Sequence record: SRR22947725_1729
Strand: one strand, 5' to 3'
Length of the DNA stretch: 35,042 nt
Shown: positions 8,111-18,969 of the stretch, piece by piece
How positions within the stretch are numbered: the first letter of the stretch is position 1
Layout: each line of letters begins with the position of its first letter
Made by a program: the position numbers and the translations under genes
The notes under the pieces: generated by a model
What the model was told of the DNA's origin: nothing
The model's input: only the letters and a program-made list of their open reading frames with translations
Database searches by the model: none

Positions 8111-9793
8111 ATGTCTTTGCGAAAGAGCTTACCAAATCAAGTTTCCCGTGCAGTGAGGTATCTAGTGACGGCACTTGTTATCTGCGGCGCAACAATGAAA
8201 GCGCAAGCAGCTTCACCCACATTGCAACATCTTTACCCTGCGGGTATCAGTGCAGGAGCCTCCCGGTCAATTCGATCAACAGGAGAACTCGATCCCTGGC
8301 CACCTCAAGTCTGGGTTTCGGGGACCGGGGTTCGCTTTGAGCCAGCGGAAAAGGAAAAAGTATGGCGGGTGATTGCTGATAAAAATGCGCCGCCAGGCCC
8401 CAGACTTGTTCGATTCTACAATGATGAAGGCGCATCGATCCCACGCTATCTCATTGTCTCGCACACCAGTGATGGAGAAGAATCGGAGCCCAATGACAGG
8501 ATCGGTGAGGCAAATTCAATCCGCGAGCTCCCCATACTGACTCATGGTAGGCTGAACCGAAAACAAGACACCGACATGTTTCGGCTTCACCTTCAGGCAG
8601 GTCAAACGTTTATCGCAAGACTGGATGCCTATGTTCTGGGTTCAACGACCGACGCCATTCTTCGACTGTTGAATGAGGACAACAGAGTCCTGGATTGGAA
8701 TCATGACCACTATTACCTGGACCCTTGCATCCTTTATAAAGTGCCATCAACGGGCTACTACTGGGTTCAGGTGATGGGATTCCCCTACCCCGCAACTTCC
8801 AGTGAGGAGCTGGGTGGTGGCGACGGCTATATATACAGGCTCTTCATGAGTGACTCAGCTTACATCCGCGAACAGAACGCCTCCAGCGAGGGCGAACTCA
8901 CGCTGACCGGTTGGAATCTTGCGACACCAGGCGGGTTGAAAAAAAGAGATCATTCTTTCCAGTCTTCCATGGAACTGGCCACTGATTTTCAGAGCGCTTT
9001 GATTTTTGCCAACCGTGTGAACCCTGAAATTGAACCTAACAACTCAAAGGAGAACGCCACCCGCTTGAGCTCAAGTGCGCGAGGCATCATTCAATCGAAC
9101 GAAGATGTTGACTGGTTCTCGTTCGATGTCGGAAATGAGGCATGGCATCAATTTGAAATTCAATCGGCACGCCTGGGGTATCCCACCGATCTACTGTTGA
9201 AGCTTTATGGTGCAAACGGGAAAGAGATCAAGTCCGATGACGATGCGGCCACCATGAACGATCCAAGGATCATCTGGAAATCGCCCAAGTCCGGACGTTA
9301 CTTTCTCAAAGTCACCTCCCTGACACATCAGGGAGGTGACAATCAGGTCTACCGACTCATTCATTCAATCAAACAGCCCACATGTGAACTGACCACGAGC
9401 GCCAGCGAATTCGCATTGAAGCCCGGTGAATCACTTGAAATCAAAGTTGGCATTGAGCGCAGACATGGTCACACTCGGACTTTGATCATTCAACCTGCCA
9501 ATTTACCCGCAGGTATTTCCTGCGCCCCGGTCATTGCCGATAAAAAACGCAAGGAGATCACTCTTAACCTGCATGCAACCCCTTCTTCATCTCAGTTTCA
9601 AGGCTTGTTGAGTATCATCGGGAAGGAACAGGATGATTGGAATAAAACGTTCCTGGCGGGAAAAGCCACCGTTACTACAAAAGTCAACAACGGAGTGCCA
9701 TCCGGTTATCTGGATCAGGTTTATCGGAAGATCCATCACCTTTGGTTGACCATTCAACCAAAGACGCAAGCCAAAGAACCCGAAGAAAACTAA
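8111..9793 (+). CDS. Exported PPC (pre-peptidase C-terminal) domain protein of DUF1501 clusters
   Basis: Signal-like N-terminus ending AQA, LYPAG, two E.EPN[DN] motifs each followed by G.....D.D.F PPC repeats, Ig-like C-terminus. No protease catalytic motif seen. Confidence 0.8.
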   Translation: MSLRKSLPNQVSRAVRYLVTALVICGATMKAQAASPTLQHLYPAGISAGASRSIRSTGELDPWPPQVWVSGTGVRFEPAEKEKVWRVIADKNAPPGPRLVRFYNDEGASIPRYLIVSHTSDGEESEPNDRIGEANSIRELPILTHGRLNRKQDTDMFRLHLQAGQTFIARLDAYVLGSTTDAILRLLNEDNRVLDWNHDHYYLDPCILYKVPSTGYYWVQVMGFPYPATSSEELGGGDGYIYRLFMSDSAYIREQNASSEGELTLTGWNLATPGGLKKRDHSFQSSMELATDFQSALIFANRVNPEIEPNNSKENATRLSSSARGIIQSNEDVDWFSFDVGNEAWHQFEIQSARLGYPTDLLLKLYGANGKEIKSDDDAATMNDPRIIWKSPKSGRYFLKVTSLTHQGGDNQVYRLIHSIKQPTCELTTSASEFALKPGESLEIKVGIERRHGHTRTLIIQPANLPAGISCAPVIADKKRKEITLNLHATPSSSQFQGLLSIIGKEQDDWNKTFLAGKATVTTKVNNGVPSGYLDQVYRKIHHLWLTIQPKTQAKEPEEN

Positions 9794-9805
9794 ACATCAT
9801 CAATC

Positions 9806-11311
9806 ATGAAAAACTCGTCATTTTGCAGTGCCCATTCGAGAAAGGTTTCCATGCCCGGCTTATTGAGCTATTCGGTGGTTCTCATTGCCATTTGGGGGAC
9901 TTGTATTGAATCGACGCTCCGGGCACAAAACCGAACAAGTGCCTTGAGAGCAGCTGCAACGGTAACGGATATCACCCCATCTTATCTTCCCATCCGAATG
10001 GCTGGTTCCATGAGGCCTAATCAGGCCCAGAGAATTCATGATCCGCTTAAAGCAAGGATCCTCGTTCTGGATAATAGCCTGACCACTCTCGTTCTGGGAA
10101 CGATAGATAATTGCGTCATTCCCCGGGGCGTATTCGATCAGGCCAAACTCAAAGCCTCTGCACTGACCGGTATTCCAACTTCACATATGATGCTCTCAGC
10201 CACTCATACGCACTCCGCCCCGCCATTGACAGGTCTTTTTCTAAATGACGGTGAAACCGACTATTTACCATTACTGATTGACCAAATTGCGAAGGGTATC
10301 GTTAAAACCTATCGTCAACTCGAGCCAGCTCAAGCCGGTTGGACAAAAACCGCAAATCCCCGACATGTCCATAACCGTCGTTGGCATCTCAAGCCCGAAG
10401 CCACCTACGAAAACCCCTTTGGCTCCGATGCCGATTCAGTGCGCATGAACCCTGGATACGGCAATCCCGACTTGAAAGGTCCTGCGGGGCCAACCGATCC
10501 CGATGTGTCCATCCTGGCCATTGCTCGACCAGACGGTTCACCTCTGTGCATTTATGCGAACTACAGCCTTCACTACGTAGGTGGGGTCCAAGGTCTGTCG
10601 GCTGATTATTTCGGTGCCTTCGCGAGTGCCCTTTCACTGAAACTCAAATCCAGTGGCCAAACCAGGCCTTGCATTGGCATATTATCCAATGGCGCAAGTG
10701 GAGACATCAACAATCTGAATTATGCATTACAGAAAGCTCCAGCCAGAAAGGCCCTGTATGAGCAAATCCAATTTGTCGCCAACGATGTGGCGCATTCTGT
10801 AATGAATGCAATGAAGGACATCCAATGGCATTCATCACTCCCGTTGAGATCGACCGAGCGCGAGATACCACTGGGCGTCAGGAAAGCTGAACCACACGAA
10901 ATGGATCGCATCCATCGCATACTGAAAGAAGCACAGGAAAAAGATCTCAGCCGCTGGAGTCAGCCGGAAATTTATGCGAGGGAATCCTTATTACTTCAAG
11001 ATTTCCCAGATCAAGTTGCAGCCAAGTTCCAAGTGATTCAAATAGGCGATTTAGGAATCATGACACTGCCGACGGAAACCTTTGCAGAAATCGGGCTTCA
11101 ATTGAAAAACGACTCACCTTTCGGCCAAACGATGATTGTGGAACTGGCAAACGGTTACAACGGCTACCTCCCGACTCCTCAACAACATGCATGGGGAGGA
11201 TATGAAACATGGCGTGCACGCAGCAGCTATCTTGAGAGACAGGCTTCGATAAAAATCACCGATCTGCTTTCCGCAATGGCGCACAGTCTCTATTCGTCCA
11301 ACGAGCAGTAA
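9806..11311 (+). CDS. Neutral/alkaline ceramidase-like metal-dependent amidohydrolase
   Basis: DITP, HDPL.AR.LVL, SATHTHSAP, NY.LHY, SADYFG, GASGDIN, ANGYNGYLPT, GGYE; hydrophobic N-terminal segment. Confidence 0.8.
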   Translation: MKNSSFCSAHSRKVSMPGLLSYSVVLIAIWGTCIESTLRAQNRTSALRAAATVTDITPSYLPIRMAGSMRPNQAQRIHDPLKARILVLDNSLTTLVLGTIDNCVIPRGVFDQAKLKASALTGIPTSHMMLSATHTHSAPPLTGLFLNDGETDYLPLLIDQIAKGIVKTYRQLEPAQAGWTKTANPRHVHNRRWHLKPEATYENPFGSDADSVRMNPGYGNPDLKGPAGPTDPDVSILAIARPDGSPLCIYANYSLHYVGGVQGLSADYFGAFASALSLKLKSSGQTRPCIGILSNGASGDINNLNYALQKAPARKALYEQIQFVANDVAHSVMNAMKDIQWHSSLPLRSTEREIPLGVRKAEPHEMDRIHRILKEAQEKDLSRWSQPEIYARESLLLQDFPDQVAAKFQVIQIGDLGIMTLPTETFAEIGLQLKNDSPFGQTMIVELANGYNGYLPTPQQHAWGGYETWRARSSYLERQASIKITDLLSAMAHSLYSSNEQ

Positions 11312-11336
11312 TCAACAAAGGGATGAACCTCTGACA

Positions 11337-14300
11337 ATGAGCCAGCTAAATCATGACCTGGCATTCAAGCACCGCTGCATGAACAAAAAGCGTGTATCAT
11401 GCCTGCTGTTTTTATTGTCATGGCTCACTCTCAGCGCGCTGGATATTTCTGAATTCTCGACCAGCGAAGATGTTGTTATTGAATGTGTGGTGAGCGAACC
11501 CTTGGTCATCGACCCGGTAGCCATGGCATTTGATGAGCATCAACGCATGTGGGTGGCGGAGAACCGGGCTTATCCATCCGTGACTCCTGATGTGAGACAA
11601 GGACAAATCGCACTCCTTGAGGACACGAATCTGGATGGCTTCTATGAAAAACGAACAACCTTTGCCACAGGGCTGTCCTATCCTAACGGTGTCATTCCAT
11701 GGGAAGACGGTGTCATCGTCACTGATGCGCCGAATGTCCTGTTCATGAAAGATACCGATGGCGACGGGAAAAGTGATGTTCGTCAGACTTTGCTCACTGG
11801 GTTTGACACCAGTCGGTCCACTCAACTCAGGGTCAATGATCCCACCCTTGGACCAGGGGGATGGATCTATCTGGCGGGAGGTTTGAGCGGTGGTCGGGTC
11901 AAGGCTCCCTGGCAATCGAATGATTCGATCATTGACATGCGCCGCCATGACATACGTTTTCACCCATACACATGGCAACTGAAGGCGACGACGGGGAAAT
12001 CCCAATATGGATTGGACATTGACCGCAAGGGCAATCGATTCATCTGCATGAACCGCGTTCAGGTGCAACACGTGATGGCAGAGGAATCCGATTGGGGGAA
12101 TCACCCTTTCTTTCCATTCAGTCAAACGGTGGAGAACCTTCCGAAAGAACGAGTGGATGATTTACTGAGAGGGTACAACGCGGGCGCACGCATTTTCCCA
12201 CTTACCAAACATGAGACGACCGCTGACTCTCATGCTGGCACATTCACCGCCGCTTGTGCCGTCACCATTTAAGAGATCAATGGATTACCGGAAAAATATT
12301 CCGGTCATGTCTTCTCATGCGATCCAACAGGCAATTTGATTCATTTCGATTACCTCGAACCAAAAGGGCCCGGTTTTGAGGTAAAAAGACAAGAATCCGA
12401 GACTGAATTCGTCGCATCAAGGAATCCCTGGTTCCGTCCAGTGTTCCTGACCACGGGTCCCGAGGGAGCTCTGTATGTGTGTGACATGCGTCGCCAAACA
12501 ATTGAACATCCTGATTACCTGCCTGAGGAAATCCGCAAACGCACTGATTTTGAAAGTGGGAATGACATGGGCCGGATTTACAGAGTGCGCGCAAAGTCGA
12601 CTTCAGCTCTGAAAACGAAGGCACCCCATGAACGAGCAAATAGCCAGTCAGAAGATATACGTGCATTTCGTGAAGCCACGTACACAGGCAATGAATGGAG
12701 AATAGATTCCTCTTTCAGAAGAATCGCAGAAAAATCAGGCAACAAAGAAACACGCCTTGAAGCATTTTCAGCATTGATGAAAGCGTGGAAAACAGTCCAT
12801 CCGGATTATCAGCATTGGTTATTGTCGCTACTCGATGAGGAACAGCAGACGCATCGCAGACTCCTGCTTGATGCCTTGGCAGAGGTAACACCTGCAGGCA
12901 GGACCGCAATCCTCAAAACCATTGGCCGACAAAGTGTAAAGACAGATGCGGCAGGTAACGTAATAGAAAAGTGGTATCGATCCACTTTTGCTTCCTCAAC
13001 CCCATCGGATGAAACACTGCCACCCATGTTAAGGTTTCGACTGGCTTTGGAAATGGATTCATGGAATCAGCCGCATCGCTCTGAAGTTCTGGCAATGATC
13101 TTGGCCAGGGATTCCAGATGGGAATGGACTCGGTCCGCAGTCATACAATCTTCAAAAGGTGATGCCTTGTCATTGTTGAAAGAACTTTTCTTGTCTCTCT
13201 TCAAAATTCCAGATCTGAACGAATCCGAATCTCAAAATACACCCGCATTGAACCATGCAGGTATGCTGATCTCCGTAGAGAAGCTTTCAGAAATAGCCAT
13301 TCTGGAGGGAGCGAATCCTTCTGATATTCTGAATACCGTTCTCAAAGGAAAAATACACAAGCATCGAGATATCGTGCCTGGCAACAGGGCTGATCTCCCT
13401 TTGGAGACCAGAAAACACTCGAATGAACAAGGCCGGAGGGAAGCAAACGCTTTCTTCTTGGCCGCGATGCTTCTTGGCATGCATGAATCAGGAAAACTTC
13501 CACCGCCCGACACCACCAAAGTCTGGCTTGAGTGGGGAGACCCAGCATCTTTGGAAGCCTGGGAAAAGATGAAGAAAACCTTGTCCGATTACTCCACCGA
13601 CCATTTAACAGAAGAAAAAAAATCCGTACTGCATCGTTTTCGAATATTGTCTGGTCAGGAAGACTGGGTATGGAAACTGCACGAAGCCGTGAATCTGAAT
13701 GACGCCGGGTTACTTGATCTGGTGATAGAAGCTTCAAGATCTGCTCTGGCACATGAGATTTTGAGCGAAGTTTTTGCCCCAGCAATCTGGACCAGGCTCC
13801 CGCACGCCGCACGCAACCAATTCCTTCAAACAGCCTGTTCCGATCAACGGCATGCAAGACTCGTTTTCACCGCGATTGAGAATGGCTTACTGCCCGCTGG
13901 AATGCTGAACATCCATCTTCGAAATCAATGGAATCGCGTCTTGTCACAGGAACAAGGAGAACGACTTGAGTCATTGTTGGGCAAACAAGTTTCAATCGAT
14001 GCATTGGCTTCGTTTGAACGACTGAAACCTGCAGTAAAAATGCAAGGAATACCTGCCAGAGGAAAGAACCTCTTTCTCAACCTGTGCAGCTCCTGCCATC
14101 GACTTGATCAAACAGGACAGGCCCTGGGTCCGGATTTATATGGCATTCGCAATCAGGCAAAGGAAAGCATTCCGCTGCACATCGCAGATCCAAATCGAGA
14201 AATTACATCCGGATTTGAAGGAGTGGAATGGACGACATCCGGTGAGACGTTCATTGGCCTTCTGGCCTTTGACAATGGAAACCAAATTCGCATGCAATTA

Positions 14301-14441
14301 CCCTCTGGAATCAATCTCACCTTCCAACGCAATCAGGGTGCCTTACGCAATCTGGATCTTTCACTCATGCCCGAAGGTATCCTGAACGCCTTGACTCATC
14401 AGCAGGTGGCAGATTTATTGGCTTATCTGAGAGGCGAATAA
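11337..14441 (+). pseudogene. PVC-type heme-binding CxxCH protein (membrane-bound dehydrogenase-like propeller, helical region, cytochrome c), interrupted by one in-frame TAA at 12270-12272
   Basis: ORFs 11337..12272 and 12336..14441 are in the same frame, and the gap translates as family-like sequence (TI*EINGLPEKYSGHVFSCDPTGNL). Motifs EPLV.DPVAMAFD, LEDT..DG, WFRPV....GPEGALYV.DM, CSSCH, GPDL, SLMPEG. Signal peptide from ATG 11379. Could be a sequencing error rather than a true pseudogene. Confidence 0.8.
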
Positions 14442-14545
14442 AGCACGCGAAAGAAGGACTTCAAGCCGATCCATGGCTTCCAGCAAAAACAGCCTTTATT
14501 CACTTGAGGTTCTGACTTTCAAAGTTACAATTCCGAGTGCATCCA

Positions 14546-16579
14546 ATGAACAACCTGCAAAGACAAAAAAGTCTGTGCATGCTATTGCTTCAACTGAAAG
14601 TGATAGCGTTTATCTTTGTATTGTTGACACTCATGCTCGCATTACCAATGCGAGCAGCTGAACTGGCAGATGAAACGGCCTTCTTCGAAAACAATATCCG
14701 CCCCATCCTGGTAGATTCCTGTTACAAGTGCCATTCAATCGAAAAAAATAAGTCCAAAGGAGGCTTGTTCCTGGACAGCCGACAAAGCCTCATGAAAGGT
14801 GGCGATAACGGACCAGCCATCAAACCTGGACATGCAGCGGAGAGCCTGCTGATCAGCGCCATTAATTATGGGGATGAAGATCTTCAAATGCCACCAGACG
14901 AGCCACTGACTCCGGAACAAATGGGGCATTTTGAAACATGGATCAATGCTGGAGCGGTTTTTCCTGACAGACTCATTGCAAGTTCCAAAAACGCAGAATC
15001 CTGGTGGGATGAAATCGAGCCTGAATCACTCCTCCCGTTAAGTTCCAAACCTGAGGAAGTGATCGACCATTACACCCTTCAAAAACTAAGGATCCAGAGC
15101 CTGATCCCAGCACCTCCTGCTACGGAAACTGCCTGGCTGCGTCGCATCACGTTGGATCTGGCGGGACGACCACCCACACCTTCTGAGCGAAATGATTACT
15201 TGTTCAATCCGTCTAAAACCCGCAAGGAGGAATTTGTAAATTACCTCGCCCAAACCAGCTGTTTCCTTGAACAACAGATTGAAGAATTCAATTGGCTGCT
15301 GATGGATGGCAAAAAAGGCAAACTGAAACCTTACCTCCAGACTGCGCTGGGTGAATCCAGAGCCTGGGATCAGATATTTAAAGAAATTATTCTGGCAGAT
15401 TATTCCAATGTGTCTTCGGAAGGCGCCGCTGAGTTTATCAAGGATCGTGTGCGGGATATCGATCGTTTGACCAATGACGTCAGTGTGCGTTTTTTCGGTG
15501 TCAACATCAGTTGCGCCCAGTGTCATGATCATCCCAATGTCACCGATTGGACACAAGCACGCTATTATGGAATGAAATCCTTTTTTGGCCGCACCTTCGA
15601 AAACGGAGGCTTTGTGGCAGAAAAAGAATATGGCCAAGTCAGTTATAAAAATACTCAAGGGGATACACTCAAGGCGTCACTTCAATTTTTAGAAGGAGAT
15701 GCACTGACGGAAACACTGAGCAACTGGACTGATGAGAAAAGAAAAAGCGAAAAAGCACTTCTGGAATCGTTGAAAAAAGAAAAGAAACCTGTTCCCCCGC
15801 CCGCTTACAGCCGTCGAAGCCGACTTGTCGAGGCCGGCTTGGCTGGGGATCAGGCAGGTTATTTTGCCAGAGCCATTGTCAACCGGTTATGGCACCGCCT
15901 CATGGGCATCGGACTCGTAGAACCATTGGATCAAATGCATGGTGACAATGATCCATCCCACCCGGAATTACTGCAGTGGCTGTCCCACTGGTTCATCGAA
16001 CATGATTACGACCTGAACGGATTGATTCGAGGCATTGTTCTCAGCCAGGCCTACCAGAGGTCGAGCGCCTGGGAGAGCGCGGAGCGTCCTGCGAAACATC
16101 TTTACGCTGTGGCAAACATCCGCGTACTCACCCCCCGTCAATATGCAACCACACTTCTCATGGGTGTCACTTCCCCGTCGGACTGGCAGAACAACCTTGA
16201 CCCTTCTTCCCCCCGACACAAGGAGAGCTTAGAAAAAGCCTTCAAGGATCTTTCCAAGGTAAGATCGTGGTTCGAACGCCCCACAGAGACTTTTCATTTC
16301 AGTGTCGAGGAGGCCCTGCAGTTGAGCAACGGAGAAGAAGTTCAATCCATTTTATTTGATTCCTCTGCAGTTGGATTATTGAACACACTTACCGAAGAAC
16401 GAGATCTTGACCACTGTATCCAGCAAGCTTACCTGCATATTTATCATCGCCCCCCATCGGAGGAAGAAGCTCAATTACTGAAATCCTTTCTGAATGTCGG
16501 AAAGGAAACATTTCCAACACAACTCAAATCCATGGTATGGGCACTATTGACCAGCCCGGAAAGCCGCCTGAATCACTAA
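14546..16579 (+). CDS. Planctomycete cytochrome c (PSCyt1) + DUF1549 + DUF1553 (PSD1) protein
   Basis: FFE..IRPIL...CYKCH, MPP, WI..GA; LRR..LDL.GRPP; CAQCHDHP; VNRLW..LMG.GLVEP.D, PSHPELL..L; WALL.SPE. Signal peptide; start ATG 14546 or GTG 14537. Confidence 0.92.
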   Translation: MNNLQRQKSLCMLLLQLKVIAFIFVLLTLMLALPMRAAELADETAFFENNIRPILVDSCYKCHSIEKNKSKGGLFLDSRQSLMKGGDNGPAIKPGHAAESLLISAINYGDEDLQMPPDEPLTPEQMGHFETWINAGAVFPDRLIASSKNAESWWDEIEPESLLPLSSKPEEVIDHYTLQKLRIQSLIPAPPATETAWLRRITLDLAGRPPTPSERNDYLFNPSKTRKEEFVNYLAQTSCFLEQQIEEFNWLLMDGKKGKLKPYLQTALGESRAWDQIFKEIILADYSNVSSEGAAEFIKDRVRDIDRLTNDVSVRFFGVNISCAQCHDHPNVTDWTQARYYGMKSFFGRTFENGGFVAEKEYGQVSYKNTQGDTLKASLQFLEGDALTETLSNWTDEKRKSEKALLESLKKEKKPVPPPAYSRRSRLVEAGLAGDQAGYFARAIVNRLWHRLMGIGLVEPLDQMHGDNDPSHPELLQWLSHWFIEHDYDLNGLIRGIVLSQAYQRSSAWESAERPAKHLYAVANIRVLTPRQYATTLLMGVTSPSDWQNNLDPSSPRHKESLEKAFKDLSKVRSWFERPTETFHFSVEEALQLSNGEEVQSILFDSSAVGLLNTLTEERDLDHCIQQAYLHIYHRPPSEEEAQLLKSFLNVGKETFPTQLKSMVWALLTSPESRLNH

Positions 16580-16589
16580 TCAACGCATC

Positions 16590-17915
16590 ATGAAACCCGA
16601 TCAAACTCCCCCTGGACAATGCTCACATTCCGAGCATCAACTCAGCCGCAGATTATTCATGAACAGTTTGGCGGTGAGCATGGCTGGTGCAAGTGGTCTG
16701 ATAGGAAATACTGGCTCCGCCCACCTTTTCGATCAGGAACCGATGACCAGAGAACTCAAGGCGAAGGGGCGCAGCGTCATCCTGGTTTGGTTGGCGGGTG
16801 GCTCCAGTCAATTTGAAACCTGGGACCCGAAACCCGGCAGCCCAAAAGGGGGACCGTTTTCGACGATACCTACCAGCATTCCGGGCCTCCACATCTCTGA
16901 ACTGATGCCCAAAATGGCGAAACGCATGCACCAGACATGCCTGATCCGTTCATTGAACACCAAGGACAGCGGACATGATTCAGCCTCTGCCTTGATCATG
17001 CGCGGACGCAAGGATGAGCCTTCCCTCAAGTATCCCGATATGGGTGCGATACTGGCAAAAGAGCTGGCTCGCACAGATAGCAAGGTACCAGATTACGTTT
17101 CATTTTATTCTCAAACTGAGGGAAGGAATTTTTCGAAGCTGACCCCAAGTTTTCTTGGAGCTCGTTATGCGCCGATGGAACTTTCGGATCACATGACTCC
17201 GCCCAATCTGAAACGATTGCAGGAACTTTCTGAAATCGCCCATCTTTCAAGAGCGGATCTGCAGCAGGTCCTGAGTCAACAATTCGCCAGCCAGCACAGT
17301 TCGGATATGGTGAAAAGTCATGCTTCTGCATTTGCACGCGCTCAGGGGCTCATGAGTAGTGAGTCTCTTTTCGATGTTGAGAAAGAACCCAGATCCATCC
17401 GTGAAAAGTATGGCCCTACCCAGTTTGGCAAACAAATGCTGATGGCCCGCAGGTTGGCTGAATCAGGGGTTCCCTTTATTCGGGTCGGACGGGCATGGTG
17501 GGACAGTCACGGACAGAATTTTGAAACGCACCAGGAAATGGTTCCAGAGCTCGATCATGTCTTGTCAACATTGCTGGATGATTTACGCCAGCGAGGCATG
17601 CTCGATCACACGCTCGTCGTCGTCATGGGAGAATTTGGACGCACCCCTGAAATCAATGCAAGCCTTGGGCGCGACCATTTTTCAAGGGCATGGAGTGCCT
17701 TGATGTCAGGCTGCGGTGTCAAAGACGGAGCCGTTTTTGGGGCAACCGACAAACACGGTAAGGAGGTCATTGAAGGTGAGGTAGGTGCGGGCGAACTGTT
17801 CGCGACGATGCTGAACGCAGTGGGAATTCAACATGATAAGAACTACTACGTTGGCCCACGGCCGATCCCACTGGTTAATTATGGCATTGAACCCATTCGC
17901 CAGATCTTGACCTGA
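16590..17915 (+). CDS. DUF1501 domain protein with a twin-arginine signal
   Basis: SRRLFM, WLAGG.SQFETWDPK, ARRL.E.GV.F, WDSH, GEFGRTP, GRDH. Confidence 0.93.
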   Translation: MKPDQTPPGQCSHSEHQLSRRLFMNSLAVSMAGASGLIGNTGSAHLFDQEPMTRELKAKGRSVILVWLAGGSSQFETWDPKPGSPKGGPFSTIPTSIPGLHISELMPKMAKRMHQTCLIRSLNTKDSGHDSASALIMRGRKDEPSLKYPDMGAILAKELARTDSKVPDYVSFYSQTEGRNFSKLTPSFLGARYAPMELSDHMTPPNLKRLQELSEIAHLSRADLQQVLSQQFASQHSSDMVKSHASAFARAQGLMSSESLFDVEKEPRSIREKYGPTQFGKQMLMARRLAESGVPFIRVGRAWWDSHGQNFETHQEMVPELDHVLSTLLDDLRQRGMLDHTLVVVMGEFGRTPEINASLGRDHFSRAWSALMSGCGVKDGAVFGATDKHGKEVIEGEVGAGELFATMLNAVGIQHDKNYYVGPRPIPLVNYGIEPIRQILT

Positions 17916-17966
17916 CGCACTCGATGAGATGAAAAATCAGTAAACTTTTTCACAGCCAAAGCCATC

Positions 17967-18959
17967 ATGGAATTCAAACTTGTTAAGGAGAAACAGCGAG
18001 AAGATATCCTTTTCTGTCTTCAGCGATTCGAGGATACCTGGCTGGCTGGCAGCTCAGATCACTCGATTCACCCCATCCCGTTTTCCGATGAATCCCCGCT
18101 CCCCTCTCTACTCCAGGGCCACCAGAGCTATGTGACCGGCCTGAAGTCGGCGGCGGGACGGCTGTGGTCAGTAGGCTATGACCGATTACTGAATGAATGG
18201 GACCTTGAAAAAGGCCGATTGGTTTCAAGTCGACTGGCACATCGAAAATGGATCAGGAACATCACTGCCTCACCCGATGAAACGCAATTGGCAACGGTGG
18301 GAGACGATATGGTGGCCAGAGTCTGGAATGCGCGGACAGGCCAATTGATCCACGAACTTCAAGGCCATGCACACCAAACTCCTCAAGGATTTTCAACCAT
18401 GTTGTACACATGTGCCTTTTCTCCGGATGGCAAAACCCTGGCCACCGCAGATCGTATCGGTGAAATTCTTTTGTGGGATACACATTCCGGAACCCTCAAA
18501 CGCAGACTGCATGCCCCGATCATGTATACCTTCGACGACGTCCAGCGATTAAGATCCATTGGAGGCATTCGCTCACTTTGCTTTTCGCCTGATCAAAATG
18601 AACTCGCAGTGGGGGGAATGGGACACGTTGGCAACGTGGACGGATTGGGTGGCAAGGCACGCATCGAGTGGTTCAATCCTTCTACAGGTCAACAAACGGG
18701 CTTGTTTGAGAGTGACACTCACCAAGGCCTCATAGAAGACATGCATTACCATCAAGGCGGATCACACCTCATTGCCGGGGGAGGAAACAACAAGGGTTTC
18801 CTGATTTACCTGAGCACATCGACGAAGAAAGCGATTCATGAACCCGAAGCGCCCATGCATGTGCACCAATTTCAACTCAATGCCGGGCAAAACCGAATGT
18901 TCGCCGTTGGACACCAGAAAATCGCTGAATGGTCCATCCAGTCAAATCAAACAACCTAA
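17967..18959 (+). CDS. WD40-repeat beta-propeller protein
   Basis: Repeated GH/AH...D......W[DN] units and FSPDG..LA motifs; no evident signal peptide. Confidence 0.88.
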   Translation: MEFKLVKEKQREDILFCLQRFEDTWLAGSSDHSIHPIPFSDESPLPSLLQGHQSYVTGLKSAAGRLWSVGYDRLLNEWDLEKGRLVSSRLAHRKWIRNITASPDETQLATVGDDMVARVWNARTGQLIHELQGHAHQTPQGFSTMLYTCAFSPDGKTLATADRIGEILLWDTHSGTLKRRLHAPIMYTFDDVQRLRSIGGIRSLCFSPDQNELAVGGMGHVGNVDGLGGKARIEWFNPSTGQQTGLFESDTHQGLIEDMHYHQGGSHLIAGGGNNKGFLIYLSTSTKKAIHEPEAPMHVHQFQLNAGQNRMFAVGHQKIAEWSIQSNQTT

Positions 18960-18969
18960 ATTAACTGTC

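Noticed and set aside
12270-12272. Alternative genetic code, selenocysteine or pyrrolysine at the internal stop
   Set aside because: The codon is TAA, not TGA or TAG, and TAA terminates clear genes such as rplU.
18838-18969. Long overlap between the WD40 and oxidoreductase genes
   Set aside because: The Tat signal position indicates a start at 18970, which removes the overlap.
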